A stretch of DNA of 47,404 nucleotides from Eubacteriales bacterium (GCA_045632105.1 JAZQVZ010000053.1:1-47404), one strand, 5' to 3'. Shown: positions 18,172 through 28,237, counted from the stretch's first letter. The notes: generated from the sequence alone by a model not told the origin. Translations and numbers: made by a program.

Positions 18172-19284
18172 ATGGATAATCAGAATCAAGAAGTTCTCCT
18201 TAGGGTTGAAAACCTGTGTCAGTATTTCAGATCGGGAAAGTATGAGAACAAGGCTGTAAACAACGTAAGCTTTGATATAAAGAAGGGTGAAGTATTCGGA
18301 CTCGTTGGTGAGTCGGGATGCGGAAAGACCACAACCGGTCGTTCAATTATCCGTCTTTATGATATAACATCCGGAAATATCTATTTCAAGGGCAAGAGAA
18401 TTGCCGCAGGAACAAGATCTTATAAGGATGCTATAAAGAAGGCAAACGCTGAACTCAAAGCGTTCGAGAAGCAATGCAAGGCAGAGGGAACTGCCGAGGC
18501 AAAGGAGAAACTCGAGCAAAAAAGAGCTCAGACTCGTGAGTTTGTAAGCGAGCAGAGAAAGCTTATTGCAGAGGCTAATTACGATCATAAGCATTGTGAT
18601 CGAGATCTCGTTACTAAGATCCAGATGATATTCCAGGATCCTATTGCATCGCTTAACCCTCGTATGACAGTAAAGGAGATAATCTCCGAGGGTCTTGTTA
18701 TAAACGGTGTTAAGGATAAGAAGTATATAGAAGAAAAGGTATATGAGATACTTGAGCTTGTAGGACTTGTTCGTGAGCACGCAGAACGTTATCCTCACGA
18801 GTTCTCGGGCGGTCAGCGTCAGAGAATAGGTATCGCACGTTCGGTAATTATGCGTCCCGATATGATAATCGCAGACGAGCCTATTTCCGCTCTTGACGTT
18901 TCTGTTCAGGCGCAGGTAATCAACCTTCTTAACGAGCTTCGCGAAACACTTGGTCTTACCATACTCTTTATCGCACACGACTTGTCGGTTGTAAAATACT
19001 TCTCCGACCGTATAGGCGTTATGTATTTTGGTAATCTTGTAGAGCTTGCAGACTCGGATGAGCTTTTCGCACATCCTATGCATCCCTATACACGTTCGCT
19101 TTTGTCGGCTATTCCTCAGCCCGACCCCCGTACGGAAAAGCAGCGCCGCAGAATTACCTACAACGCTGCAAAGGAGCACGATTATTCTGTGGATAAGCCC
19201 TCCTTGAGAGAGGTAACTCCCGGACATTTTGTGTACTGCAACGATGCGGAAGAAGCAAAGTATAAAGAGGAATTTGGAGTATGA
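18172..19284 (+). CDS. ABC transporter ATP-binding protein, OppF-like, with a ~50-65-aa charged insertion before the Q-loop
   Basis: Walker A GESGCGKTT, Q-loop QMIFQDPIASLNP, signature FSGGQRQR, Walker B IIADEPISALD, then HPMHPYT. A coiled-coil-like KKANAELKAFEKQCKAEGTAEAKEKLEQKRAQ segment is inserted. Confidence 0.9.
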   Translation: MDNQNQEVLLRVENLCQYFRSGKYENKAVNNVSFDIKKGEVFGLVGESGCGKTTTGRSIIRLYDITSGNIYFKGKRIAAGTRSYKDAIKKANAELKAFEKQCKAEGTAEAKEKLEQKRAQTREFVSEQRKLIAEANYDHKHCDRDLVTKIQMIFQDPIASLNPRMTVKEIISEGLVINGVKDKKYIEEKVYEILELVGLVREHAERYPHEFSGGQRQRIGIARSVIMRPDMIIADEPISALDVSVQAQVINLLNELRETLGLTILFIAHDLSVVKYFSDRIGVMYFGNLVELADSDELFAHPMHPYTRSLLSAIPQPDPRTEKQRRRITYNAAKEHDYSVDKPSLREVTPGHFVYCNDAEEAKYKEEFGV

Positions 19285-19700
19285 AGAAAAAAGTACTGCT
19301 TCAATATTCCATAACAACGTCAATTTGTGCAGGAATATCATTTATGATACTCTACACGAATGGCTTTTGGAGAACGTTTGATCTTGCTGAAAAATACAGG
19401 CTTCTTGCGGATGCATTTACCGTTCCCGGTATATTGCTTATTATGATCGCAGCGCTTGTATGGGTAAGCTCAGAAGGCTTTTTCGACGGAATATCGTATG
19501 CTGTAACCCAGTTTAGCGGAATGCTCATTCCGTCTATAGGTAAAAAGTATAAGCATATGAAATACTACGATTACAAAATGGAAAAGAAAGAAAAGCGTTC
19601 CGGCGGATACTCGTTTTTGTTTTTTGTTGGATTGCTGTTTACTGTAATTGCAGTTGTATTCATTATACTTTTTAATCAGGTTTACGTTCCTAAAATATAA
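19281..19700 (+). CDS. Small membrane protein, DUF3899-like, translationally coupled to the OppF-like gene
   Basis: ATGA start/stop overlap at 19281-19284. 139 aa with 3-4 TM segments and a KYKHMKYYDYKMEKKEK loop. Confidence 0.6.
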   Translation: MKKKVLLQYSITTSICAGISFMILYTNGFWRTFDLAEKYRLLADAFTVPGILLIMIAALVWVSSEGFFDGISYAVTQFSGMLIPSIGKKYKHMKYYDYKMEKKEKRSGGYSFLFFVGLLFTVIAVVFIILFNQVYVPKI

Positions 19701-19820
19701 AAATAACTTCACATCCCAAAGGATGTGGCGGAATTTTTATATGGTCTTTAGTTTTTAAAACCTCTTGCTTTTAGAGAATAAAAGTGATACAATACATAAA
19801 CAAAATTAAATAAGAATAAA

Positions 19821-19859
19821 AAGACCGACGAGTATAAAACTCGTCGGTCTTGGTTTTTT
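19821..19859. terminator. Bidirectional terminator between the ABC operon and pepF
   Basis: AAGACCGACGAG (19821-19832) pairs with CTCGTCGGTCTT (19840-19851). An A-run lies upstream and GGTTTTTT downstream. Confidence 0.85.
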
Positions 19860-19865
19860 ATTCAA

Positions 19866-21623
19866 TTACTGAACCAACTCACAGAACTCGTCTATCTCTT
19901 TTCTGATAACCTCGAGTCCTTCACACCAAAATTCCTTGTTTGTAAGGTCGATGCCTGCAATCTTAGCACAGTCTTCTATATCCATAACTGCAGTTGCTCT
20001 AAGCATCTCCTTGTAGGTATCAACAAAGGCTGCGCCCTCCTTCTCGTACTTGGCGTACAAGCCTCTTGCAAAGAGTCCGCCGAAAGCGTAAGGGAAGTTA
20101 TAGTAGCTGAGTCCGCCGCTGTAATAGTGTCCCTTGCACAGCCACATATACTGATGCATAAAGTTCTCATCAAGACCATCGCCGTATGCCTTCTTCTGTG
20201 CCTCGAGCATCAGAGAAGAGAGGCGATCTGCGCTCATGAACTCAGCTGTACGGTTGTCGAACACACTCTTTTCGAAGGTAAATCTTGAGTAAATATCACA
20301 GATGATTTGACATGCATCCATAAGCTCGCTCTCGATAAGGGCAATCTTTTCATCCTTGTCGACGGCTTCCTTGATTGCCGTTGACATCACGAGAACCTCG
20401 TTGAAGGTCGATGCCGTCTCAGCAACGGGCATAGAATATTCCTGATTCAAAATCGAATTTTTGAATACCTGACGGTCGTGGAAGGAATGGCCGAGCTCGT
20501 GTGCCAGCGTTACTACATCACTAAATGAACCGTCAAAGTTGGTAAGCACGCGGCTCTGCTTTGCGGAGGGTACTCCACAGTCAAATGCGCCTCCAACCTT
20601 GCCTTCTCTCGGGTAGAAATCGATCCAGGCATTATCAAATGCAGACTTAACCATTTCGTACAACTCGACGTCGAATTTCTTGAAGACGTTAAGCAGATAC
20701 TCTTTTGCGTCCTCTGTGGTGTATTCCTTGTCGTTCTTACCCATAGGCGCGAAGAGGTCATACCAGGGAAGTGCGCCCTCATGACCGAGAGCCTTTGACT
20801 TTGCCTTCAGATATTTTCTGAATACGGGCATATATTCTTCCATTGCCGACAGGAGTGCGTCAAGCGTTTCCTTCTTCATTCTTGAGGTGTAGAGTGTCTT
20901 TGCAAGAGGACTTTCGTAGCCTCTCATCTCGCACTCGTTCAGTACCTGAAGCTTTATGCTGTTGAGAGCAAATGCAACCGAGTCTTTAATCTTGTCGTAG
21001 CACTCAAGCTCTGCCTCGTACGCCTTTTTTCTGGTTTCAGGGTCAGGCGAGTAGGCGAGATTGCGCACCGAGGACAGGGGGATTTCCTTGCCGTCAATGG
21101 TTGCGGTAACCGAGCTTGTCAGGCTGCTATGCAGGTCACTCCAGGCTCCTGCTCCCGAGATGTTCATTTTAGCAAACAGCTCCTCCTCCTTGTCAGAGAG
21201 CAGATGCTTGCTGTCACGCTGAATATTGTTCAGGATATATTTGTGTTCGTTGAGTGTGGGATTTTTTGCAATGATGGCATCCAGGTCGCTGATCTGTGCA
21301 ATAGCCTGAGAGATTTTTGTTGAGGGCGCCGCCGTTGTGCTTAACAGGCCCATAAGTCTGCCGAGTGCCGATGCCGCCTCGGAGTCTTTTGTATTTGCTG
21401 AGTACTTGAGGTTTGCAAAAATACCGAGCTTGCTTGCAAGAAGATTTAATTTTTCACTAATTGCAATAAATTCGCATACGAGCTTTTCTTCTTCAATGCT
21501 TGAAACTTCGCTCGAGAGAGCATTCAGCGCTTCGATCTCCTTTGTCAAAAGCTCGGTGTCCTCGCTGTATTTCGGGTCTTCAAAGCCCGAATAGAGAATA
21601 TCCAGATTCCATTCCTTGTTCAT
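19866..21623 (-). CDS. pepF: Oligoendopeptidase F family (M3B) metallopeptidase
   Basis: 585 aa with the zinc motif HELGHSFH and M3B-like overall length and layout. Confidence 0.9.
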   Translation of the reverse strand: MNKEWNLDILYSGFEDPKYSEDTELLTKEIEALNALSSEVSSIEEEKLVCEFIAISEKLNLLASKLGIFANLKYSANTKDSEAASALGRLMGLLSTTAAPSTKISQAIAQISDLDAIIAKNPTLNEHKYILNNIQRDSKHLLSDKEEELFAKMNISGAGAWSDLHSSLTSSVTATIDGKEIPLSSVRNLAYSPDPETRKKAYEAELECYDKIKDSVAFALNSIKLQVLNECEMRGYESPLAKTLYTSRMKKETLDALLSAMEEYMPVFRKYLKAKSKALGHEGALPWYDLFAPMGKNDKEYTTEDAKEYLLNVFKKFDVELYEMVKSAFDNAWIDFYPREGKVGGAFDCGVPSAKQSRVLTNFDGSFSDVVTLAHELGHSFHDRQVFKNSILNQEYSMPVAETASTFNEVLVMSTAIKEAVDKDEKIALIESELMDACQIICDIYSRFTFEKSVFDNRTAEFMSADRLSSLMLEAQKKAYGDGLDENFMHQYMWLCKGHYYSGGLSYYNFPYAFGGLFARGLYAKYEKEGAAFVDTYKEMLRATAVMDIEDCAKIAGIDLTNKEFWCEGLEVIRKEIDEFCELVQ

Positions 21624-21650
21624 AAGCCACTCCGTTAGTTTTTTTCTTTT

Positions 21651-21679
21651 ATTATATCACGGATAAGAGAAAAAGTAAA
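21651..21679 (-). promoter_or_regulatory. Candidate pepF promoter (TTTACT-17 nt-TGaTATAAT)
   Basis: On the minus strand, the -10 is at complement(21651-21656) with an upstream TG. The -35 is at complement(21674-21679). Confidence 0.5.
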
Positions 21680-21750
21680 TAGATAATAATTATAACTTAG
21701 AAGAAAAGAGATACATAATAACCCGATAATCGGGATGCTCGTTAGAGAAA

Positions 21751-21780
21751 AAAGAGGAAATGCTTAGGCATTTCCTCTTT
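21751..21780 (-). terminator. Terminator of the hexuronate operon
   Basis: 13-bp stem: AAAGAGGAAATGC pairs with GCATTTCCTCTTT. A T-run follows on the minus strand (complement of 21745-21750). Confidence 0.8.
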
Positions 21781-21790
21781 TAATTTGATT

Positions 21791-22813
21791 TTATCTTTGA
21801 ACTCTGCCTGAGCCGTCGCCGCCTGCAAGCTTTTCTACTTCTGAAACGCTGATTCTGTTGTAATCACCCTCGATAGAGTGCTTGAGAGCAGATGCTGCAA
21901 CGGCAAATTCGATCGCGGACTGTGTATCCTTTCCGGAAAGAAGTGCGTATATAAGGCCGCCACCGAAGCTATCGCCACCGCCTACGCGGTCAACTATATG
22001 GAGATGATAGGACTTGGAGAAGCAATAGCTCTCGCCGTCATAGAGCATTCCTGCCCAATCGTTATCATTTGCAGAGATAGAAGAGCGGAGCGTGATAGCA
22101 ACCTTTTCAAAGCCAAACTTATCAGCAAGCTGCTTTGCAACCGTCTTATAACCCTCGTGATTGAGCTTTCCACCGTAAATATCCGTGTTTTCAGCCTCAA
22201 TACCGAATACGTCCTTTGCGTCCTCCTCGTTGGAGATACAAACGTTAACATACTCGCAAAGCTTTGTCATAGCTTCTCTTGCTTCTGCTCTTGTCCAGAG
22301 CTTTCCACGGTAATTGAGGTCGCAGGAGATCTTAACGCCTCTTGCCTTAGCTGCCTTACAAGCCTCAAGACAGATCTCTACGAGCTCTCCGCCAAGCGCG
22401 GGGGTGATTCCTGTGAAGTGGAACCAGTCAGCTCCTTCAAAAATGCTGTCCCAGTCAAAATCCGAGAGGGAAGCCTCTGCTATTGCGGAGTGAGCTCTGT
22501 CGTAGATACAAACAGAACCTCTCTGTGATGCGCCCTTTTCAAGAAAATAAATACCGACTCTATCGCCGCCGCGAACTATCTTTGAGGTGTCAACGCCAAA
22601 GTAACGGAGAGAGTCAACTGCCGCCTGACCTATTGCGTGCTTCGGGAGCTTGGTTACGTAAACGCTGTCAAGTCCATAGTTTGCAAGGGAAACCGCAACG
22701 TTAGCCTCGCCGCCTCCAAAGGTTGCCTGCATCTGATCATTCTGGAAAAATCTATAATATCCGTTAGGTGCCAGGCGAAGCATAAGCTCGCCGAATGTAA
22801 CTACTCTTTTCAT
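21791..22813 (-). CDS. kdgK: 2-dehydro-3-deoxygluconokinase (PfkB family)
   Basis: The N-terminus VVTFGELMLRLAPNGYYRF...ATFGGGEANVAVSLANYG and the C-terminal DRVGGGDSF motif. It sits next to eda. Confidence 0.9.
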   Translation of the reverse strand: MKRVVTFGELMLRLAPNGYYRFFQNDQMQATFGGGEANVAVSLANYGLDSVYVTKLPKHAIGQAAVDSLRYFGVDTSKIVRGGDRVGIYFLEKGASQRGSVCIYDRAHSAIAEASLSDFDWDSIFEGADWFHFTGITPALGGELVEICLEACKAAKARGVKISCDLNYRGKLWTRAEAREAMTKLCEYVNVCISNEEDAKDVFGIEAENTDIYGGKLNHEGYKTVAKQLADKFGFEKVAITLRSSISANDNDWAGMLYDGESYCFSKSYHLHIVDRVGGGDSFGGGLIYALLSGKDTQSAIEFAVAASALKHSIEGDYNRISVSEVEKLAGGDGSGRVQR

Positions 22814-23370
22814 TATTTTTCTGCCTCCATTTTATCAAGTGCTTCCTTTACGAAGAAGCTGCCGCCGATAGCGGCGATCTTATCAAATGCTAAAAATTCA
22901 TCTATATTGCTTCTGTCAACTCCGCCCGTAGGAATGAACTTTACCTGTGGGAAGGGAGCAGAGAGAGCCTTGAGAGCCTTGAGACCTCCATAGATGTTTG
23001 CAGGGAAGAACTTGACTGTGGTAATTCCAAATTCAAGTGCCGCCATGATCTCAGTAGGAGTAACACAACCGGGATAGTAGGGAACGTTTCTTTCTTTGCA
23101 TATCTTTGCAACAGCGGGGGAAAGTCCAGGGGATACGATAAATGTAGCACCCGCCTTAAGAGCCGCCTCGCATTGTTCTGCGTTGATTACGGTTCCTGCT
23201 CCTATCTCCATATCGGGATAGTTTTTTGCTGCGTACTCGATAGCCTCAGCTGCGCAAGCGGTACGGAAGGTTATTTCAGCGCAGTTGATTCCGCTGTTCT
23301 TGAGAGCGGTAAGTATTTTGTCGGTCTCGGATAATTCTTTAATAACAACAACAGGAATAAATTTTTCCAT
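22813..23370 (-). CDS. eda: KDPG / 4-hydroxy-2-oxoglutarate aldolase
   Basis: Motifs AEITFRT, GAGTV, FIVSPG, PGCVTPTEI, VKFFPA (Schiff-base Lys context) and IPTGGV. Its stop overlaps the kdgK start by 1 nt. Confidence 0.85.
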   Translation of the reverse strand: MEKFIPVVVIKELSETDKILTALKNSGINCAEITFRTACAAEAIEYAAKNYPDMEIGAGTVINAEQCEAALKAGATFIVSPGLSPAVAKICKERNVPYYPGCVTPTEIMAALEFGITTVKFFPANIYGGLKALKALSAPFPQVKFIPTGGVDRSNIDEFLAFDKIAAIGGSFFVKEALDKMEAEK

Positions 23371-23394
23371 TTGCTTTTCTCCTTACAATAAAAA

Positions 23395-24240
23395 TCAAAC
23401 TCCGGAATAAGCAGCAAATCCACAATCTATAGGAAGCACTACGCCAGTGATTGCGGATGCAGATTTGTCATCGCAAAGGAAGAGCGTGCCGCCGAGAAGC
23501 TCAGAAGCATCAACGTATCTTCCCATAGGAGTGCCGTTCAATATCTTTGCGCTTCTAGCTGTAGGAGTGCCGTCCTCGTTGAAGAGGAGCTTGTAGTTTT
23601 GTGCGGAAACAAGGAATCCGGGAGCTATTGCGTTGCAACGGATGCCTGTGCCTGCAAAGTGAGTTGCGAGCCATTGTGTGAAATTGGAAATGCCCGCTTT
23701 TGCCGCAGAGTATGCGGGGATCTTGGTGAGAGGGGTGTAGGCATTCATCGAGGAGATATTGAGTATGCATCCCGCCTTTTTCTCCACCATATCCTTTGCA
23801 AATGCCTGCGTGGGAAGGAGAGTGCCTTGGAAGTTGAGCTTAAATACAAAGTCAACACCGTCTGCTTGAAGATCGAAGAAGGATTTTCCACCCTCTTTTG
23901 CCTCGTGCTGATACTCGTTGTCGGTAGTAGCTCTTGGGTTGTCTCCGCCTGCTCCGTTTACAAGAATATCGCAGGTTCCAAGATCGCGAAGCACTGCCTG
24001 ATGTACCTCCTCAAGAGCCACAGGATCAAGAACGTTTGCCTTGTATCCCTCGCAGATAAAGCCTTCTGCTTTGAGCTCGTTGGCAAGCGCCTTTACTGCA
24101 TCCTCGTTAAGATCGAGAGCAGCAACCTTTGCGCCGGACTGAGCAAATGCTCTTGCCATCGCGCCGCAGATAATTCCGCCTGCTCCTGTAACTACTACTA
24201 CTTTTCCGCTGTAATCTATATTGATAGGAAGCTGTATCAT
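23395..24240 (-). CDS. SDR-family oxidoreductase, probably D-mannonate (fructuronate) oxidoreductase of the YjmF/UxuB type
   Basis: Rossmann motif VVVTGAGGIICGAMA and catalytic YSAAK. Its position between uxuA and eda suggests the function. The substrate is inferred from context. Confidence 0.65.
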   Translation of the reverse strand: MIQLPINIDYSGKVVVVTGAGGIICGAMARAFAQSGAKVAALDLNEDAVKALANELKAEGFICEGYKANVLDPVALEEVHQAVLRDLGTCDILVNGAGGDNPRATTDNEYQHEAKEGGKSFFDLQADGVDFVFKLNFQGTLLPTQAFAKDMVEKKAGCILNISSMNAYTPLTKIPAYSAAKAGISNFTQWLATHFAGTGIRCNAIAPGFLVSAQNYKLLFNEDGTPTARSAKILNGTPMGRYVDASELLGGTLFLCDDKSASAITGVVLPIDCGFAAYSGV

Positions 24241-24252
24241 TTTATTTTCTCC

Positions 24253-25341
24253 TTACTTTTTATCAAATTTTTCAAGGCTATCCCAAACACCGAGCATATA
24301 CATAATGCCGAGTGCGCGGTCGTAAAGACCGTATCCGGGACGAACGTTACCGGGGCCCTCATCCCAAAGGTGTCTGCCGTGGTCGGGACGAATGTATCCT
24401 TCGTATCCGCAATCGTGATAAGCCTTAAGTATTTCGAGAATGCCTGTGTCTCCGTCGCAGTCTCTGTGACTAGCCTCGGAGAAGTCGCCGTTTTCAAAAT
24501 GCTTTACGTTTCTGATATGAGCAAATGCAATTCTGTCACAGTGCTTGCGAACTATATCTGCTACGTTGTTGTTGGGGTCAGCATTAAGGCTTCCGGAGCA
24601 GAGGGTCAGACAGTTGTATTCGTCATCTACCATTTTGAGGAAGCGGTCGATATTAGGTTCGTTGATGAGAAGTCTGGGAAGACCAAAGATATCCCATGGC
24701 GGATCGTCCATGTGTATTGCCATCTTGATATCGCACTCGCGACAGGTGGGCATAATAGCCTCAAGGAAATATTTGAGATTGCCCCAAAGCTTTTCGTGGT
24801 CAACGCCTTCATATGCTTTGAAAAGCTCATCAAGCTTTGCCATACGCTCGGGTTCCCAGCCGGGGAAGGACATATTGTACTTCTCGGTGAAGTCAAGAAT
24901 GTATTTTGCCATAGCGTTGTAGTCGTCCTGGATCATATTCTTTTCATAGAAAAGAGCAGTAGATCCGTCGCCTACGGGGTGGAAGAGGTTCGAGCGTGTC
25001 CAGTCGAATATAGGCATAAAGTTATAGCATATCACTTTTACGCCGAACTTTGAAAGATTGCGAATGGTTGTTTTATAGTTTTCAATGTAGGCGTCGCGTG
25101 TGGGAAGGCCGATCTTTATGTCGTCGTGAACGTTTACGGATTCAACGACGTCCATATTGAAGCCATATTCGTCGAGCTGACGCTTGACCTCGGCTATCTC
25201 GTCCACTTCCCAGATTTCACCCGGCATTTTATGGTGGAGCGCCCAAACGATACCGTCAACTCCGGGTATCTGCTTTATGTCCGACAGCTTTATACGATCG
25301 TTTCCCTCGCCGTACCATCGAAAAGTCATTTTCATTGGCAT
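24253..25341 (-). CDS. uxuA: Mannonate dehydratase
   Basis: The N-terminus M(P)MKMTFRWYGEGND is the UxuA hallmark. 362 aa. AGGAGGG RBS. Confidence 0.95.
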   Translation of the reverse strand: MPMKMTFRWYGEGNDRIKLSDIKQIPGVDGIVWALHHKMPGEIWEVDEIAEVKRQLDEYGFNMDVVESVNVHDDIKIGLPTRDAYIENYKTTIRNLSKFGVKVICYNFMPIFDWTRSNLFHPVGDGSTALFYEKNMIQDDYNAMAKYILDFTEKYNMSFPGWEPERMAKLDELFKAYEGVDHEKLWGNLKYFLEAIMPTCRECDIKMAIHMDDPPWDIFGLPRLLINEPNIDRFLKMVDDEYNCLTLCSGSLNADPNNNVADIVRKHCDRIAFAHIRNVKHFENGDFSEASHRDCDGDTGILEILKAYHDCGYEGYIRPDHGRHLWDEGPGNVRPGYGLYDRALGIMYMLGVWDSLEKFDKK

Positions 25342-25357
25342 AAGTTACCCTCCTGAT

Positions 25358-26758
25358 TTATAATCCAAAATAATTTTTTGCGTTTTTATAGCATATACCT
25401 TCTACGATATTGGCAAGTGCCACATCGTTGTCAGGATATTCGCTGCCTTCTACCCATTCACCGATAAGACCGCAAAGGATGCGGCGGAAGTATTCGTGTC
25501 TGGTGTAGCTGAGGAAGCTTCTTGAGTCTGTAAGCATTCCTATAAAGTTGCCGAGCAGGCTGAGGTTTGCAAGGCTTGTGAGCTGATCTCTCATGCCTTG
25601 TTTATTGTCATTGAACCACCATGCGCTTCCGTGCTGGAGCTTACCCGCTACCTCTGTGCCCTGAAAAGCTCCTATAAGAGTGTCGATAAACGCATTGTCC
25701 GATGCGTCAAGGCTATATATGATAGTTTTGGGCAGGGAATTGGTGGAGTTGAGTCTGTCGAGAAGCTTTGCGAGCTTTTGAGAACCGTTGTTGGGTCCGA
25801 TACAGTCAAATCCCGTATCCGCTCCGAGCGACTGGAACATTTTGCTGTTGGGATTTCTTAAACAGTTGTAGTGTAGCTGCATTACCCAACCATAACGGAC
25901 GTACTCACCTGCGCAGAAAACAAGTAACTCTGTCTTGAGTCCCTCTGCTTCGTCAGCGCTTACAGACTCACCTGCAAGTCCGCGCTTTATGAGCGCGTTT
26001 ATTTCCGCCTCGTCTGCTTCACCGTAGACCATTCGGTCAAGGCCGTGGTCACTTGCGCAGCATCCGTTTTCTGCGAAAAACTTGATTCTGTTTCCAAGGG
26101 CCTTCTTGAGTGTTTCAAGGTCGGAGATTTCAACGCCCGATACCTTTGAAAGTGTTTCTATGTATTCTTTCCACCCAGCCTTATCAATGTTGAGCGCTTT
26201 GTCGGGACGGAAAGAGGGGGCAACTACTGTATCAAAGCTTTTATCGTTTGCTAAAAGCTTGTGGTATTCGAGAGAATCCACGGGATCGTCGGTTGTTCCT
26301 ATGAAGGCCACGTTGCTTTTTCTTATTATACCGCGGACACTCATATTATCGTGTTTAAGCTTCTCGTTGCATAGATCCCATACTTCCTTTGCAGTATCGG
26401 CGCAGAGTACTCCCGTATAGCCAAAATAGTTTTTGAGTTCAAGGTGACACCAATGGTACATGGGGTTGCCTATCGCTTTTGGTAAAAGCTCGGCGAATTT
26501 TTCGAATTTTTCATAAGGGGCGGCGTTGCCGGTGATATAATACTCGTCCACGCCGTTTGAACGCATAAGTCTCCACTTGTAGTGGTCACCTCCAAGCCAA
26601 AGCTCGGTGATGTTCTCAAATCGCCTGTCCTCGTATATTTCGCGAGGGCTTACATGGCAATGATAATCGATGATAGGGAGCTTTTCTGCGTATTTTTTAT
26701 AGATCCTTTGTGCAGTTTTGGTTGTCAAAAGAAAATCTTTGTCCAAAAAACGTGCCAT
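25358..26758 (-). CDS. uxaC: Glucuronate isomerase
   Basis: 466 aa. DFLLTTKTAQRIYKKYAEKLPIIDYHCHVSPREI...GDHYKWRLMRSNGV is canonical UxaC. Confidence 0.95.
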   Translation of the reverse strand: MARFLDKDFLLTTKTAQRIYKKYAEKLPIIDYHCHVSPREIYEDRRFENITELWLGGDHYKWRLMRSNGVDEYYITGNAAPYEKFEKFAELLPKAIGNPMYHWCHLELKNYFGYTGVLCADTAKEVWDLCNEKLKHDNMSVRGIIRKSNVAFIGTTDDPVDSLEYHKLLANDKSFDTVVAPSFRPDKALNIDKAGWKEYIETLSKVSGVEISDLETLKKALGNRIKFFAENGCCASDHGLDRMVYGEADEAEINALIKRGLAGESVSADEAEGLKTELLVFCAGEYVRYGWVMQLHYNCLRNPNSKMFQSLGADTGFDCIGPNNGSQKLAKLLDRLNSTNSLPKTIIYSLDASDNAFIDTLIGAFQGTEVAGKLQHGSAWWFNDNKQGMRDQLTSLANLSLLGNFIGMLTDSRSFLSYTRHEYFRRILCGLIGEWVEGSEYPDNDVALANIVEGICYKNAKNYFGL

Positions 26759-26794
26759 AAACGTTCTCCTTGATTTTTATAATTTATCTTGATA

Positions 26795-28015
26795 TCAACG
26801 ACGTGATGTTTCGCGGTATTCTTTAGGGTTCTTTCCGGTTTTCTTCTTAAATATTTTAGAAAAGTACTGTATGTCCATTATACCGCAATGCAGCGCAACC
26901 GTTTGTATTTGAAGGTGCGTTGTACTGAGAAGATACATCGCATGCTCGATGCGCTTACCCTTTATATATTCGGAAACGGTTTTTTCGGTCTCCTTTTTGA
27001 ATATTGTTGCAAGGTATCCTGCGCTGATGCCGAGCTTTTGCGCTAACGAGGTCAATGACAATTCTGCAGAAATATCCGAGTCTATGATCAATATTGCTTT
27101 TTGAACGATAGGAGAGTAACGCTTCATCGAATGCTTATACACGAGCTTGCAATAAGATGAAAACATTTCTCTCATCATAGCAGAGCAAGCCTTTGTATCT
27201 GTGATAAGCTCTATACGGAGCGCAAACTTAGAGGAGAGGCTGTCTATGTATATAGGATGAACTCCGCCATCCTCTGCCGCCTTGCGGAGCAGGGTATTCA
27301 TAATGATGCAGTAGTTCTTTGCGTTTCGCAAAGGATCTGCTACGCGTCTTTCGAACATATTGTCGTTCAACTGAGATACGAGTAGATTTTCCTTGTGCTG
27401 CTGACCGAGAGAGACAGCGCGCATCAACTCGTTTTCGAATGCGTAGCGCATTTCCATTACTTTTATAGAGGCTTCTATTTCGTCGAAGCTCTCACCGTGA
27501 GTGCCGGGAGAAATAGATGCTACCGCGGGGATGTGCTTTTTGTTGACCTCTACTATGGCGAAAGAAGGGGTATCCCATATCCGTTCGCAAAACGTGTCTA
27601 TCATAACAAGCAGTCTGTCGGAGTCTGTTAGTATAGGGGCGGAAAAGTAATATTCCTTGAGAAGCTTTTGTGATGCCAGCGGAATTCCCGCATTCTCGCC
27701 AATCTCCAGGATATCTTTAGATGAGAGAGGGGAAGAAAGGTACGGACCGATGACAAGAATGTTCTTCTCGCTGGAAACCGGTAGTCTCATATATACATAA
27801 TTAAACTTAAACTCGTCTAAAAGCTTGTATTTTGTTTTGCTTTCGATAATTCCCAATGCTTGTCCCACAGTAAACTCTGATTTTAAGCCAAGGATGCTTG
27901 CAAGACGGATATCCATTATAGCTTCTGCAGGGTCGAGTGAGGAAATTATATCGGTATGAATATGACATCTTTTTAGAACATCGCAAAAAAAGTTCAATTC
28001 GTACTCGTAATTCAT
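26795..28015 (-). CDS. AraC-family transcriptional regulator (about 290-aa N-terminal sensor domain plus C-terminal dual HTH)
   Basis: The C-terminus ...LAQKLGISAGYLATIFKKETEKTVSEYIKGKRIEHAMYLL...IQTVALHCGIMDIQYFSKIFKKKTGKNPKEYR is the AraC HTH. It is only 36 nt upstream of uxaC. Confidence 0.85.
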   Translation of the reverse strand: MNYEYELNFFCDVLKRCHIHTDIISSLDPAEAIMDIRLASILGLKSEFTVGQALGIIESKTKYKLLDEFKFNYVYMRLPVSSEKNILVIGPYLSSPLSSKDILEIGENAGIPLASQKLLKEYYFSAPILTDSDRLLVMIDTFCERIWDTPSFAIVEVNKKHIPAVASISPGTHGESFDEIEASIKVMEMRYAFENELMRAVSLGQQHKENLLVSQLNDNMFERRVADPLRNAKNYCIIMNTLLRKAAEDGGVHPIYIDSLSSKFALRIELITDTKACSAMMREMFSSYCKLVYKHSMKRYSPIVQKAILIIDSDISAELSLTSLAQKLGISAGYLATIFKKETEKTVSEYIKGKRIEHAMYLLSTTHLQIQTVALHCGIMDIQYFSKIFKKKTGKNPKEYRETSRR

Positions 28016-28075
28016 AATTACACCTGTTTTGTAAAATATATGTAATTTTTGTCCAAACTATTGCTTTATAGTGCT

Positions 28076-28104
28076 ATTATAACACGATTTTTTGATAAAT
28101 GCAA
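28076..28104 (-). promoter_or_regulatory. Near-consensus promoter of the araC-uxaC-uxuA-uxuB-eda-kdgK operon
   Basis: The minus strand reads TTGCAT (complement 28099-28104), a 17-nt spacer, and TGtTATAAT (complement 28076-28084). Confidence 0.65.
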
Positions 28105-28237
28105 CAATGTTTTTATCGATAAAATAAAAATATTACAAAAATACATTAAATTTGTACTACCATTTTTTCGTTAAAAGTAGTATAATATAATCGTTATCAT
28201 GGCGCTTTCAACAAAATAAAGTATTTAGAAAGAGGAA

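Noticed and set aside
23599-25053. 484-aa plus-strand ORF across uxuB and uxuA. Similar minus-strand ORFs lie at 30027-31082 and 31302-32072 inside the GH2 gene.
   Set aside because: They are antisense shadows of strongly identified genes, the same artefact as above.
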